NCBI GenBank assembly: GCA_902386555.1
Contig: CABMJJ010000009.1
Location: forward strand, 25,680 to 89,679
Direction: 5' to 3'
From: Candidatus Bilamarchaeum dharawalense
GTDB lineage: Archaea; Micrarchaeota; Micrarchaeia; Anstonellales; Bilamarchaeaceae
DNA length: 64,000 nt
The notes beneath the pieces were generated by a model. That model was not told the origin of the DNA. It saw only the letters and a program-made list of their open reading frames with translations, and did no database searches. Made by a program: the position numbers and the translations under genes. Positions 26,574 to 36,368 of the stretch are shown here, one piece after another (the stretch's first letter is position 1; each line of letters begins with the position of its first letter).

Positions 26574-27902
26574 ATGGATTTTGTACCGCATACTAGGAAG
26601 GACATAGAGGGAATGCTGAAAGAGGTTGGGGTAAACTCATTGGATGATCTTTTTAGGGATATACCAGATAACATCAAGATAAAAGGTGGCCTGAAGATCC
26701 CAGCTTCCTTGGATGAAAAAAGCGTTTCTGATCTTGTCGGGGGATTGAGCAAGAAGAATGTAAACTCGAAACAATATGTCAGCTTTCTAGGTGGTGGGTG
26801 CTACAATCATTTTATTCCATCTGCGGTTGCACATCTTGTATATAGAAGCGAATTTTACACTGCATATACACCATATCAACCAGAAATGTCACAGGGTATA
26901 CTCCAGGCCATATTTGAATTCCAAACCTATATGGCGAGATTGACAGGGATGGATCTGGCCAATGCCTCCATGTACTGCGGAGCTTCGGCTCTTGCAGAAG
27001 CAATGATGATGGCAAAAAACCACACCAACAGGAAAAAAATCGTAATAAGCAAAGCAGTAAATCCAGAGTATAGACAGGTTGTTCAGACCTATGCAACTGC
27101 CAATGAGCTAGAGGTAGTTGAGATTAAAGTTGGAAATGATCTGGCAACTGATTTTTCAGAAGCTGTGGATGACAAGACGGCTTGTGTGATAGTTCAATAT
27201 CCTAATTTTTTTGGTACCATTGAAGATCTTGAGAAAATTTCAGCCCTGGCTCACTCGAAGGGTGCGGTGGCAATTGCATCAGTCCAAGAAATGTATTCTC
27301 TTGGTATGCTCAGACCACCAGGAGAATTGGGAATGGATATTGCTGCATGCGAAGCGCAGAGCTTTGGTAATCCTATTTCATTTGGTGGCCCGCATCTAGG
27401 GGTCATAGCATGTAAAACAGATCTTATGCGAAGAATCCCGGGCAGGCTTGTTGGTAAAACAACAGACAGCGAAGGAAAGGAGGGATATATTCTAACTTTG
27501 CAAGCAAGAGAGCAGCACATTAGAAGAGAAAAAGCATCAAGCAACATTTGTTCAAACGAAGCTCTTTGTGCTTTAGCAGCAACGATCCACCTGTCCATGC
27601 TTGGTAAGTCAGGCTTACAAAAAGCATCGGAAATTTGTGCAAAGAATGCAACCTATGCAAAGAAGAGATTTGAGGGGTTAAAATTGCATTTGTTGAATCA
27701 GAATATCTACAATGAATTTTGCGTTGAAATACCAAATGCAGATAAAGTATTTGAAAAACTTGTTGAAAAAAAATTCATTCCAGGGATAAAACTTTGGAAG
27801 TACTATCCTGAAATGAAGAATGGTTTGCTAATTTCTTTCACTGAAATGAACACCAAAAAAGAAATGGATGAATTCTTCAGTGCTTTGGAGGGATCACTAT
27901 GA
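26574..27902 (+). CDS. gcvPA: Glycine dehydrogenase (decarboxylating) subunit 1
   Basis: 442 aa. YTPYQPEMSQG, QTYMARLTGMD. It is followed by subunit 2 with a 4-nt overlap. Confidence 0.92.
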   Translation: MDFVPHTRKDIEGMLKEVGVNSLDDLFRDIPDNIKIKGGLKIPASLDEKSVSDLVGGLSKKNVNSKQYVSFLGGGCYNHFIPSAVAHLVYRSEFYTAYTPYQPEMSQGILQAIFEFQTYMARLTGMDLANASMYCGASALAEAMMMAKNHTNRKKIVISKAVNPEYRQVVQTYATANELEVVEIKVGNDLATDFSEAVDDKTACVIVQYPNFFGTIEDLEKISALAHSKGAVAIASVQEMYSLGMLRPPGELGMDIAACEAQSFGNPISFGGPHLGVIACKTDLMRRIPGRLVGKTTDSEGKEGYILTLQAREQHIRREKASSNICSNEALCALAATIHLSMLGKSGLQKASEICAKNATYAKKRFEGLKLHLLNQNIYNEFCVEIPNADKVFEKLVEKKFIPGIKLWKYYPEMKNGLLISFTEMNTKKEMDEFFSALEGSL

Positions 27903-29323
27903 AAACCATATTTGAAAATGGCGGTGAAGGAAGAGCTGCAGTGCAGTTTAGTGACGATCAATACCCAACAGAAGCACCAAAAATAGAAGATAGATTTAGA
28001 AGAAAAAACTTGAAAATACCAGAAGTCAGCGAAATCGAAGTGGTTAGACATTACACCACATTAAGCAAGAGGAATTATGGGGTAGACTTGGGTTTCTATC
28101 CCTTGGGAAGCTGCACAATGAAGTATAATCCTAAGGTCAATGAGGATATGGCAAAGCTTGAGGGATTTACCAATATCCATCCAATGCAGCCAGAAGAGCT
28201 TTCCCAGGGCGCATTGCAGATGCTCTTTGAACTTCAAGAGATGATGAAGGAGATAACAGGTTTTGATGCATTTAGTTTACAACCAGCAGCAGGTGCCCAT
28301 GGTGAGTTGGTCGGGGTAATGATGATCAAAGCATATTTTCAAAAACATGATAAAAAGAGAAAGAAAATATTGATCCCGGATTCGGCACACGGTACCAACC
28401 CCGCAAGTGTAACTCTTTGCGGGCTTGAAACCCAAGAGGTAAAAAGTGATGGCAACGGCAATGTTGATTTGAATGATTTAAGACAAAAAATGAATGACGA
28501 AACTGCAGGCCTGATGCTCACCAATCCAAATACCCTTGGTTTGTTTGACCAGAACATAATCGAAATTTGCAAAATTGTACATGAGAAGGGAGGGTTGGTT
28601 TACTGCGATGGGGCAAATCTGAATGCAATGGTAGGAGTAACAAAACCACGAGATGCGGGTTTTGATATCATGCATGTGAATTTCCACAAAACCTTTTCAA
28701 CACCCCATGGATGTGGCGGACCAGGTGCCGGGGGAGTTGGGGTTGTTGGAAAACTAGCCTCATTTCTACCAAAACCAATGGTGAACCAAACGAATGGTAT
28801 GTACCATCTCGACTATAACATTCCAGACTCCATTGGCAAGGTAAAATCATATTATGGGAATTTTGGGGTCCTGGTTAAGGCGTATACTTATATTAGAGCG
28901 CTTGGACCAGATGGCTTGAAAAGAGTGGGCCAGAATGCAGTTCTAAATGCCAATTATATGAGAGTTAAACTAATGAAACATTTTGATCTACCTTACAAAA
29001 GAATTTGCCAGCATGAATTTGTCATAAGTGATAGGAACATGCCCAATGGCGTAACAACCATGGATTTGGCCAAACGATTGCTGGACTATGGATATCATTC
29101 ACCAACCATTTACTTCCCACTGATTGTGCATGGGGCAATAATGATCGAGCCAACTGAAACAGAGACAAGAGAAACCATGGATAGTTTCATCGAGACCATG
29201 TTAAAGATTTTACAGGAAGCTCAAACTACTCCAGAACTTGTCAAAGGTGCACCCCATACTCTGCCAGTAAAGAGATTGGATGGAGTAAAGGCAGCAAGAG
29301 AACCAGTGCTTACTGCTAGGTAG
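27899..29323 (+). CDS. gcvPB: Glycine dehydrogenase (decarboxylating) subunit 2
   Basis: 474 aa. LGSCTMKYNP, and the PLP-lysine region NFHKTFSTPHGGGGPG-like (NFHKTFSTPHGCGGPG). Confidence 0.92.
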   Translation: MKTIFENGGEGRAAVQFSDDQYPTEAPKIEDRFRRKNLKIPEVSEIEVVRHYTTLSKRNYGVDLGFYPLGSCTMKYNPKVNEDMAKLEGFTNIHPMQPEELSQGALQMLFELQEMMKEITGFDAFSLQPAAGAHGELVGVMMIKAYFQKHDKKRKKILIPDSAHGTNPASVTLCGLETQEVKSDGNGNVDLNDLRQKMNDETAGLMLTNPNTLGLFDQNIIEICKIVHEKGGLVYCDGANLNAMVGVTKPRDAGFDIMHVNFHKTFSTPHGCGGPGAGGVGVVGKLASFLPKPMVNQTNGMYHLDYNIPDSIGKVKSYYGNFGVLVKAYTYIRALGPDGLKRVGQNAVLNANYMRVKLMKHFDLPYKRICQHEFVISDRNMPNGVTTMDLAKRLLDYGYHSPTIYFPLIVHGAIMIEPTETETRETMDSFIETMLKILQEAQTTPELVKGAPHTLPVKRLDGVKAAREPVLTAR

Positions 29324-30182
29324 CCTTGAATATCTCATCTGCCTTGTAGGAGGTTCTTGCAAATGGTTCAGAAACCACAAACTTGAACCCTAATTCTTTT
29401 GCTTTCTTGCCATAGAACTGGAATTTCTCGGGTGTAACAAATTCCTTAACTGGAAGATTTTTCTTGGATGGTTGGAGATATTGACCTATGACAACTGCAT
29501 CAACCTGGACCTCGCGTAAATCTTTCAAAGCTTGCAAAACTTCCTCCTCTTTTTCACCAACGCCTAATATAATCGAACTTTTGGTGAGTATTTTTGGATT
29601 GATTTTTTTGGCAATTTTTAGAACCTCGAGTGATTTGCGGTATTTTGCCCGAGGATCACGGATATTCTGCAGTCTTTCTACTGCCTCGATATTATGTGCA
29701 AAAACATCGGGTTTTGCATCGATCACCAATTTTATTAATTCCGGTCTTGCGTCAAAATCAGGGGTAAGAACTTCAATTTTGACATGGGAAATTTTGGACC
29801 TTATTGCAGATATGCAATTTGCAAAATGGTTGGCACCAAGATCAGGAAGATCGTCCCTATCAACAGAAGTAAGAACAACATAGTTCAATTTCAGACCTGC
29901 AGACGCATTGGCAATTCTTACACCTTCATTCGCATCAATTTCAATACCTTTTCTTGCATGTTTGACATTGCAAAAACTACAGAATCGAGTGCATGTGTCT
30001 CCTAGAATCATGAACGTTGCCGTTCCAGCGCTCCAACAGGCAGAACGATTGGGACAAAGCGCCTCATTGCACACTGTGGTCAATTTGTGAGACTTGAGTA
30101 GAGAATCCACCTGATTGTAGAGGATTATTTCATGACCTTTTGGCCTGCATATCTTTAGCCACTCTGGTTTTGAAATTTTCAT
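29316..30182 (-). CDS. lipA: Lipoyl synthase
   Basis: VCNEALCPNRSAC (auxiliary cluster) and CTRFCSFC (radical SAM). The start was trimmed to the ATG at 30182 (MKISKPEWL). The track's 68-aa N-terminal extension would overlap a divergent gene. Confidence 0.9.
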   Translation of the reverse strand: MKISKPEWLKICRPKGHEIILYNQVDSLLKSHKLTTVCNEALCPNRSACWSAGTATFMILGDTCTRFCSFCNVKHARKGIEIDANEGVRIANASAGLKLNYVVLTSVDRDDLPDLGANHFANCISAIRSKISHVKIEVLTPDFDARPELIKLVIDAKPDVFAHNIEAVERLQNIRDPRAKYRKSLEVLKIAKKINPKILTKSSIILGVGEKEEEVLQALKDLREVQVDAVVIGQYLQPSKKNLPVKEFVTPEKFQFYGKKAKELGFKFVVSEPFARTSYKADEIFKAT

Positions 30183-30233
30183 ATAGTAAAATTGCTGAGC
30201 TAGTTTTATAATACTCAAAGATAAAACATTCTT

Positions 30234-30524
30234 ATGATCAAAAGGCCAAAAATAAGTAAAGAGGAGATCATAGCTGATGGGATCTATCTGTTTGTGGGGG
30301 CACTGGCAGCTTTCATAGCCATATTTATTTTCGATATACACTGGAGTTTCTATCCTGGTGAAACGATTCTGCCTCCGAGTAGGCACATTTTCCAGACGCT
30401 GGATCCGTACTATTTTGGCATACCTCTTGGTGCGATTATAGGTTTTTTTGTGCTTAAATTAGTCTACTTTGCTTTTGTTGAGGATGAGATAGCACATCAT
30501 ATATTCAAGGGCAAAAAAAAATGA
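30234..30524 (+). CDS. Small membrane protein (2 TM)
   Basis: 96 aa with two clear hydrophobic helices. Divergent from lipA. Confidence 0.35.
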   Translation: MIKRPKISKEEIIADGIYLFVGALAAFIAIFIFDIHWSFYPGETILPPSRHIFQTLDPYYFGIPLGAIIGFFVLKLVYFAFVEDEIAHHIFKGKKK

Positions 30525-30557
30525 AACATATTTATTCCTAGCATTTGTTAGTAAAGC

Positions 30558-31484
30558 ATGCATAGGGATGTAAAAAAGATTATAGGAGATATTAAATCCC
30601 TAAAGATTCAGGGCGCAAGAAACGTTGCAAAAGCTGCCCTAGGGGGATTGGCGATTGCAGCGAAAAACTCAAAGGCCAAAACAGCATCTGCATTCTATAA
30701 AGAGATGCGTGAAACAGCAGACCTGCTCTCACTGAGTAGACCAACTGAACCAATGATGAGGAATTTATTGGATGAAGGACTGCATTTCATCGAACAACGA
30801 ATGAAACAGATGGACATCAGTGGGTTGGCCAAACTTATTGTTAATCATGAAGAGGAAACCGTTAAAAAAATGGACGATGATGCAAAGCATCTCGCACAAT
30901 ATGGTGCAAAACTCATTCCAGATAATGCTCTTGTCCTAACCCATTGCCATTCGTCAACAAGTACGAAGATCTTGATTGAAGCTAAAAAAATGCGCAAAAA
31001 ATTCAGCGTGGTTGCATTTGAAACAAGACCAAGATATCAGGGAAGGGTCACTGCAGACGAATTGGCCAGGACAGGAATAGATGTTACCCTGGCAGTTGAT
31101 GGGGCAATGCATCTGTTTATGAAAAAAGCAGATATTGTGATAGTTGGGGCTGACTCGGTAACTTCCAGAGGGGATTTGATAAATAAAATCGGTACGGCAA
31201 CACTTGCTCACATTGCAAAAAGCAATGATGTTTCGTTTTACAGTGCAGCAGAACTTTCAAAATATAGTCCGATGACCATCTTCGGTACAAGAGAAAAAAT
31301 AGAGGAACGAGATCCCAAGGAGGTTTGGGACAGGGCTCCAAAAAAAGTAAAGATAAGAAATCCGGCTTTTGAAGCCACATCAGCAAAGTATATCAATGGA
31401 TATATAACTGAGATAGGCGTAATTCCTCCTGAATCGTTTTTTGCAATGGCAACGCAAAAACTTGGAATAAAATTATATGAGTGA
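30558..31484 (+). CDS. e2b2: Ribose-1,5-bisphosphate isomerase (eIF-2B alpha/beta/delta family)
   Basis: 308 aa. IQGARNVAKAA, THCHSS, ETRPRYQG, GADSVTSRGDLINKIGT and NPAFE. It aligns with Thermococcus R15P isomerase from memory and is adjacent to AMP phosphorylase. Confidence 0.75.
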   Translation: MHRDVKKIIGDIKSLKIQGARNVAKAALGGLAIAAKNSKAKTASAFYKEMRETADLLSLSRPTEPMMRNLLDEGLHFIEQRMKQMDISGLAKLIVNHEEETVKKMDDDAKHLAQYGAKLIPDNALVLTHCHSSTSTKILIEAKKMRKKFSVVAFETRPRYQGRVTADELARTGIDVTLAVDGAMHLFMKKADIVIVGADSVTSRGDLINKIGTATLAHIAKSNDVSFYSAAELSKYSPMTIFGTREKIEERDPKEVWDRAPKKVKIRNPAFEATSAKYINGYITEIGVIPPESFFAMATQKLGIKLYE

Positions 31485-33057
31485 GATGATTTTCATGGTT
31501 GAATATGTTGAATCTGAGATGAAAAAAGTAGATGTTTGGAAATTGAAGAAGTATGTCTGTAAAGTAAAGCCAATGGACATTATGACTGGGAAAAATATAA
31601 TTGTCCTGAACAAAGCAGAAGCCCAGGAACATGATATCTATTCCGGATACAGAACCGAACTCAAACATGATGGGAAGAGCATTATCACAATTGTTGATGT
31701 TAGTGAGGAGATAGTTGAACCAGGAGAGGTTGGCATATTTCGTGATCTGACCACCTGGCATAAGATGAAGAAGGGGGACACGGTTGAAATTGTTCACATG
31801 GATAGGCCAGAATCAATAACTTACATAAAGAAAAAACTTGATAAGGGAGCTTTAAACGCCCAGGAGATCAGAACCATAGTAAAGGAAATAATGCAGGATA
31901 AGTTAAGTGAAATTGAAACCTCGGCCTGGATCGCTGCAGCCTACATAAATGGTTTTACTGACGATGAAATTATTGCATTGGCCGAAGCAACAGTGGATTC
32001 TGGAGATCAACTAAATTTAGGGAAACACCCTATTTTGGATAAACATTGTATTGGTGGGGTGGCAGGCAACAGAACAACAATGATAGTGGTTCCAATAATC
32101 ACTGCACTTGGACTCTATATGCCGAAAACATCATCCAGATCCATAACTTCTGCTGCAGGTACTGCCGATACCATGGAGGTTCTGGCAGATGTTACCTTTA
32201 ATATGGAAGAATTGCGTTCAATGGTACTTAAGGCCAAGGGAGCAATAGTATGGGGAGGGGGAATGAAACTTGCTCCGGTGGATGATAAACTTATTCGCGT
32301 TCGCCACCCATTAAGCCTGGACCCAGAAGGTATGCTCCTGGCAAGCATATTAGGTAAAAAGAAAAGTGTCGGAGCCGAGTATGCCATAATAGACATACCT
32401 GTCGGCAGAGGAGTCAAAGTACCGTATATAGAAAGGGGAAACGAACTTGCCAAACATTTTATAAGTGTGGGAGACAGGCTTGGAATCAAAATTGAAGCAC
32501 TGATCACAGATGGAGCCGAACCAGTTGGAAACGGAATTGGTCCTGCTCTTGAATGTTTTGATGTTTTAAATGTTCTTCAAGGTAAAGGTCCAGAAGATTT
32601 GAAACACAAGAGTGTGCTACTTGCAGGAAAACTATTGGAATTATGTGGTAAGGTAGATAAGGGCCAGGGATATGGGATTGCGGAGAAAACACTTATGAGT
32701 GGCAAGGCCCTTGCTAAATTTAGAGAAATAGTGGAGATACAGGGGGGTAACCCAAATGTTTCTGGCTATGACATAAAGATAGGAGATCATACCCACATAG
32801 TAACTTCTGAAGTCTCAGGAAGCATATTCCACATTGATAACAAAACAATGGCTAAGATAGCAAGGATTGCTGGGTCACCAAGAGATAAGGGTGCTGGTGT
32901 TCTTCTACATAGGGTCAGAGGAGATAGGGTTGAAGTCGGAGACAAACTATATACCATATTCGCTGAAAGTGAAGCAAAATTAGATTTCACAATAAAAGCA
33001 ATCAAAGATCTGGAACCAATAGAGATGAGAAAGATGTTACTTGGCAGTCTCCAGTAA
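31477..33057 (+). CDS. deoA: AMP phosphorylase (thymidine-phosphorylase family, archaeal type)
   Basis: Has the N-terminal extra domain of AMPpases. HCIGGVAGNRTT and KTSSRSITSAAGTADTME. Start uncertain (31477 overlaps the upstream stop; alternative ATG at 31519). Confidence 0.8.
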   Translation: MSEMIFMVEYVESEMKKVDVWKLKKYVCKVKPMDIMTGKNIIVLNKAEAQEHDIYSGYRTELKHDGKSIITIVDVSEEIVEPGEVGIFRDLTTWHKMKKGDTVEIVHMDRPESITYIKKKLDKGALNAQEIRTIVKEIMQDKLSEIETSAWIAAAYINGFTDDEIIALAEATVDSGDQLNLGKHPILDKHCIGGVAGNRTTMIVVPIITALGLYMPKTSSRSITSAAGTADTMEVLADVTFNMEELRSMVLKAKGAIVWGGGMKLAPVDDKLIRVRHPLSLDPEGMLLASILGKKKSVGAEYAIIDIPVGRGVKVPYIERGNELAKHFISVGDRLGIKIEALITDGAEPVGNGIGPALECFDVLNVLQGKGPEDLKHKSVLLAGKLLELCGKVDKGQGYGIAEKTLMSGKALAKFREIVEIQGGNPNVSGYDIKIGDHTHIVTSEVSGSIFHIDNKTMAKIARIAGSPRDKGAGVLLHRVRGDRVEVGDKLYTIFAESEAKLDFTIKAIKDLEPIEMRKMLLGSLQ

Positions 33058-33078
33058 AAGGAACCGAGGTTCCTTTTT
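33057..33078. terminator. Bidirectional hairpin terminator between convergent genes
   Basis: AAAAGGAAC-CGAG-GUUCCUUUUU has an A-tract, a perfect stem and a U-tract. It sits between the AMPpase stop at 33057 and the minus-strand gene's stop at 33077. Confidence 0.6.
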
Positions 33079-33481
33079 AACTTTCTTTTAATCTTGTATG
33101 TTCGATTTTGATACATTTGTCCATGACCACATTTAGCCCAGCCTTTTTGGCAACTTCAGCTGCAGTTTCGTTAACTACACCTAGTTGCATCCAGATGGTT
33201 TTTGGTTTGGGTACTCGTTTGGTGGCTTCTTCAACAATCGGCAGCACATCTTCGCTTTTTCTGAAAATATCAACAATGTCAATTTTCTCTTTAATTTCGC
33301 TGAGAGATTTGTATGCTTTCAGGCCATGCCAATCAGTTAGATTTGGATTTACTGGATAAATTTTGAAGCCATTGGCAACAAGATAGCTTGCAACAACATG
33401 GCTTGGTCGATCAGGTTTGTCTGAAAGGCCAACAATTGCAATTGTTTTAGATGTTTCTATGATTTTTTTGATATCATCCAT
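33077..33481 (-). CDS. CoA-binding domain protein (YccU-like)
   Basis: IAIVGLSDKPDRPSHVVASYL..GFKIYPVNPN. The start was trimmed to the ATG at 33481 (MDDIKKII). Confidence 0.7.
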   Translation of the reverse strand: MDDIKKIIETSKTIAIVGLSDKPDRPSHVVASYLVANGFKIYPVNPNLTDWHGLKAYKSLSEIKEKIDIVDIFRKSEDVLPIVEEATKRVPKPKTIWMQLGVVNETAAEVAKKAGLNVVMDKCIKIEHTRLKES

Positions 33482-33536
33482 GATAAAACCAAAACGCCTA
33501 AATTTATAAGAACTTCCCTGCACGTTTCCATTCTAT

Positions 33537-33653
33537 CCCGTCGTAGCTCAACGGTAGAGCGATCGGCTGTAGTTTTGATTTACTCGGTTTTTACGAGTTA
33601 TATCTACACCAGTAGATACCGATAGGTTGCTTGTTCAAATCAGGCCGACGGGA
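33537..33653 (+). tRNA. tRNA-Tyr(GUA) with 45-nt intron (33573..33617) at the canonical 37/38 site
   Basis: Folded by hand. Acceptor CCCGUCG/CGACGGG (C1-G72, the archaeal Tyr identity pair), D arm GCUC-AACGGUA-GAGC, anticodon stem AUCGG/CCGAU, loop CUGUAG|A, T arm GCUUG-UUCAAAU-CAGGC, discriminator A. The TTTATAA box ends 27 nt upstream. Confidence 0.85.
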
Positions 33654-33740
33654 CTTTCTTATTCTAAAAAGATAACAAACATAATTGTATTTTAAATATA
33701 ACTATACACAAAGAGAATATCCTGAGAATTAGTGGTAATA

Positions 33741-34988
33741 ATGTCACTCGAACAGCTTCAACGACGCTTAGCAAATGGTAGATGCTACACAGCACCAGAG
33801 ATAACACCATTTGTAGGAAATTGTACCTTGAAACGACTGGATGCAGCCATTGCTTTCGCTGAAGCAAGGAGACTGTTTGATGCTGGATTGGAGAGGCATG
33901 CAAAAAAACCAGGACAGATTATCGCATCAGATATGGATGCTGTCTTTACAGAATTAAGCATGGTGGGAGTAATAAGTAGACGAAATGGAGATCACAAACT
34001 TGCATTAGAAGTAGGAATACAACTAAGAATGTTACAAACCGAGACTCCAAAAACAGTTCAGATGGTTGCCTGTGCTTTGACACATATTCAAAGAATGTTT
34101 TTGGAATATGGGATGTTTATAGGAGAGTTTGGAATTGGACTAGTGATACCAGAAAGAATAATCAGAACCGAAACTGAAGATTTTTATCCGTATATTAGAA
34201 CTTCAAATGAACAAATAGGAAGAGCAGGGGAATTTTATGAATCGGAATGGGGAGTACGACCGATAGTTGGATTAGACCTTCATCGATCAGTAGCCAACAT
34301 AAGGATAATGGCTGCCATGGTGGACGACACCAGTTATGCACGGGGACTTGGATTGAGTTCAGATAATGTAGATTCTGAGGCCAGATCAGCACTGCGATCA
34401 GACAGGGAACTGGCACGCACAATAAAAAAAGCAGCTCTGGCGGTGTTGTATGGTAGAACATTGTGCCAGGCATTCGAAAGAGAGAGGGAAGATGATCCTG
34501 GAGAATGGTTTCTAAATTTAGTTAATGCTCACATAAGCACCATGGTAGCTCACGAAAAGACTCATGCCAGGTTAAGGGAAATTAAAGCTATTCCTGACAG
34601 TGAAATAACAGAAGAGGCAATTGCCATGCTTGGACAAGTGGCTTATGGACCCACAGAAATGGCACTTGTTCAATTGTTCCTAAACAATGTGGATGAACTC
34701 ACCCCGCATTCTATGGCAAGAGATAGGGTGCTGGCTAACTTGCTTTTGATCAACGGTATACGCGATGATAACCCAGAAACATTACCGGACATATTGGAAC
34801 TAACACCTGCACTTCTTGCTCAAAGTGCAAGAAAATTGCTGGGACTTGCATTTAAGTGCAAGAACTATTCCGGAGTAGATGGAATATTAGAAGCCAGAGA
34901 AATTGAAAGAGTGGCTTCATTGAGATTCTTAACATCGCAGGATATGGCACTTTTGGATACAATAAAACATGATCCTAGAATAATCTAG
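33741..34988 (+). CDS. Hypothetical protein with HExxH motif
   Basis: 415 aa from the ATG at 33741 (the track uses a GTG at 33732). VAHEKTHARL, followed by EEA 16-17 residues later. Arg/Ala/Leu-rich composition. Confidence 0.4.
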   Translation: MSLEQLQRRLANGRCYTAPEITPFVGNCTLKRLDAAIAFAEARRLFDAGLERHAKKPGQIIASDMDAVFTELSMVGVISRRNGDHKLALEVGIQLRMLQTETPKTVQMVACALTHIQRMFLEYGMFIGEFGIGLVIPERIIRTETEDFYPYIRTSNEQIGRAGEFYESEWGVRPIVGLDLHRSVANIRIMAAMVDDTSYARGLGLSSDNVDSEARSALRSDRELARTIKKAALAVLYGRTLCQAFEREREDDPGEWFLNLVNAHISTMVAHEKTHARLREIKAIPDSEITEEAIAMLGQVAYGPTEMALVQLFLNNVDELTPHSMARDRVLANLLLINGIRDDNPETLPDILELTPALLAQSARKLLGLAFKCKNYSGVDGILEAREIERVASLRFLTSQDMALLDTIKHDPRII

Positions 34989-36328
34989 ACGCTTCCTGCG
35001 CCTCTCTGAACTACTTCGCTCAAAGAAGGATGGATGTGGATAGTGTTTATTATATCATTAACATGACATTTTCCTGCTTTCATTGAAACCAAAACTTCGT
35101 GTATTAAAGTTGATGCTTCAGGACCAATGATATGACAACCTAGAATTTTACCTTCATAATCAGTCATGAATTTGACAAAACCATCTTTTTCTGCCAATGC
35201 TTCGCCCATTCCAGTTTTGCTGTATTCATATTTACCAACAAGATAATCAATGTTTTTTGCTTTGAGCTCTTGCTCGGTTGCCCCAACACCAGCAACTTGA
35301 GGATTCGAGAAAACAGCATGCGGCATGGCAGTATAATCAACCTTGTGCTTATGTTCTGGATTTAGAATTGAGATGGTGACATATTCAGCCTCCAAATTGG
35401 CTGAGTGTTTAAACAAATATTTACCGGCAATATCGCCTATTGCCCATATACCTGGCACATTTGTTTCCATGAACTCGTTGGTTTCAACATAACCTTCCGG
35501 ATTAGTTTTCACGTTTGTTTTGCTAACATCCAGAATATCTGTGTTGGGAACTCTACCAGTTGCAAAGAGGATATCTGTTCCTTCAACCCTAGTACCATCC
35601 TTACCATAGACAACAATCCGAGTTCCTTTTTTCTCAACCTTTGCAACCGGGAATCTTAATTTAACATCGTATTGCTTGGAAAAAAGTTCAGTGAATTTTA
35701 GCCCTATTTCTTCGTCCTCATCTGGGAGAAGTCTAACATTGCGCATGAGAATTGTTATTTTAGAACCTAGGGTACCGAAAAAATGGGCAAGTTCACAGGC
35801 AATGTACCCTCCTCCGACAACAATCAGTTCTTTAGGTAGTTTTTTCACCCTGAGCACTTGATCGCTTGTCATATGGGGTACTTTATCGAGTCCTTCGATG
35901 GGTGGGAGAGCCGGCCGTGTACCTGCTGCAATAACGATTTTATCTGCAGTTATGGTTTCGCTACCAACTTGAAGAGTTTTTGGACCAGTGAATTTTCCGC
36001 GAACCTTGAATAGTTTGATTTTGGGATGTTTACGGATACTTTGTTCAATTTCTTCTGCGTCTTTATCAACAATAAATGAACGTTCCATTATTTTTTGGAA
36101 ATCCACGGATACTTTTCCGACCTTAATGCCAAATTTGTCTGCATTTCTAATGGTCTGTAAAACATCGGCAGTGTGAATGAGAATTTTAGATGGAATACAA
36201 CCTCTATTAAGACAGGTACCACCAAGTGGACCTTCCTCAACAATAGCAACTGACATTCCTTTTGCTGCAGCTGCACTCATAATATCAAGGCCTGAGCCTC
36301 CGCCAATGACTATAAGATCGAATTTCAT
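34985..36328 (-). CDS. lpdA: Dihydrolipoyl dehydrogenase-like flavoprotein disulfide reductase (probable GCS L-protein/E3)
   Basis: DLIVIGGGSGL, GGTCLNRGCIPSK (redox disulfide) and C-terminal HIHPSLSEV. The start was trimmed to the ATG at 36328. Confidence 0.8.
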   Translation of the reverse strand: MKFDLIVIGGGSGLDIMSAAAAKGMSVAIVEEGPLGGTCLNRGCIPSKILIHTADVLQTIRNADKFGIKVGKVSVDFQKIMERSFIVDKDAEEIEQSIRKHPKIKLFKVRGKFTGPKTLQVGSETITADKIVIAAGTRPALPPIEGLDKVPHMTSDQVLRVKKLPKELIVVGGGYIACELAHFFGTLGSKITILMRNVRLLPDEDEEIGLKFTELFSKQYDVKLRFPVAKVEKKGTRIVVYGKDGTRVEGTDILFATGRVPNTDILDVSKTNVKTNPEGYVETNEFMETNVPGIWAIGDIAGKYLFKHSANLEAEYVTISILNPEHKHKVDYTAMPHAVFSNPQVAGVGATEQELKAKNIDYLVGKYEYSKTGMGEALAEKDGFVKFMTDYEGKILGCHIIGPEASTLIHEVLVSMKAGKCHVNDIINTIHIHPSLSEVVQRGAGSV

Positions 36329-36368
36329 GATAGGATAACTAAAAGTAAAAATAAAAAGGCGACTAAAA

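Noticed and set aside
30183-30386. 68-aa N-terminal extension of lipA in the ORF track
   Set aside because: It is not part of known LipA proteins and would overlap the divergent 30234..30524 gene. The ATG at 30182 gives a normal-length LipA. Similar extensions were trimmed for lpdA (to 36328), GGR (37574), purH (44929), the CoA-binding protein (33481), AIM24 (19666) and sfsA.
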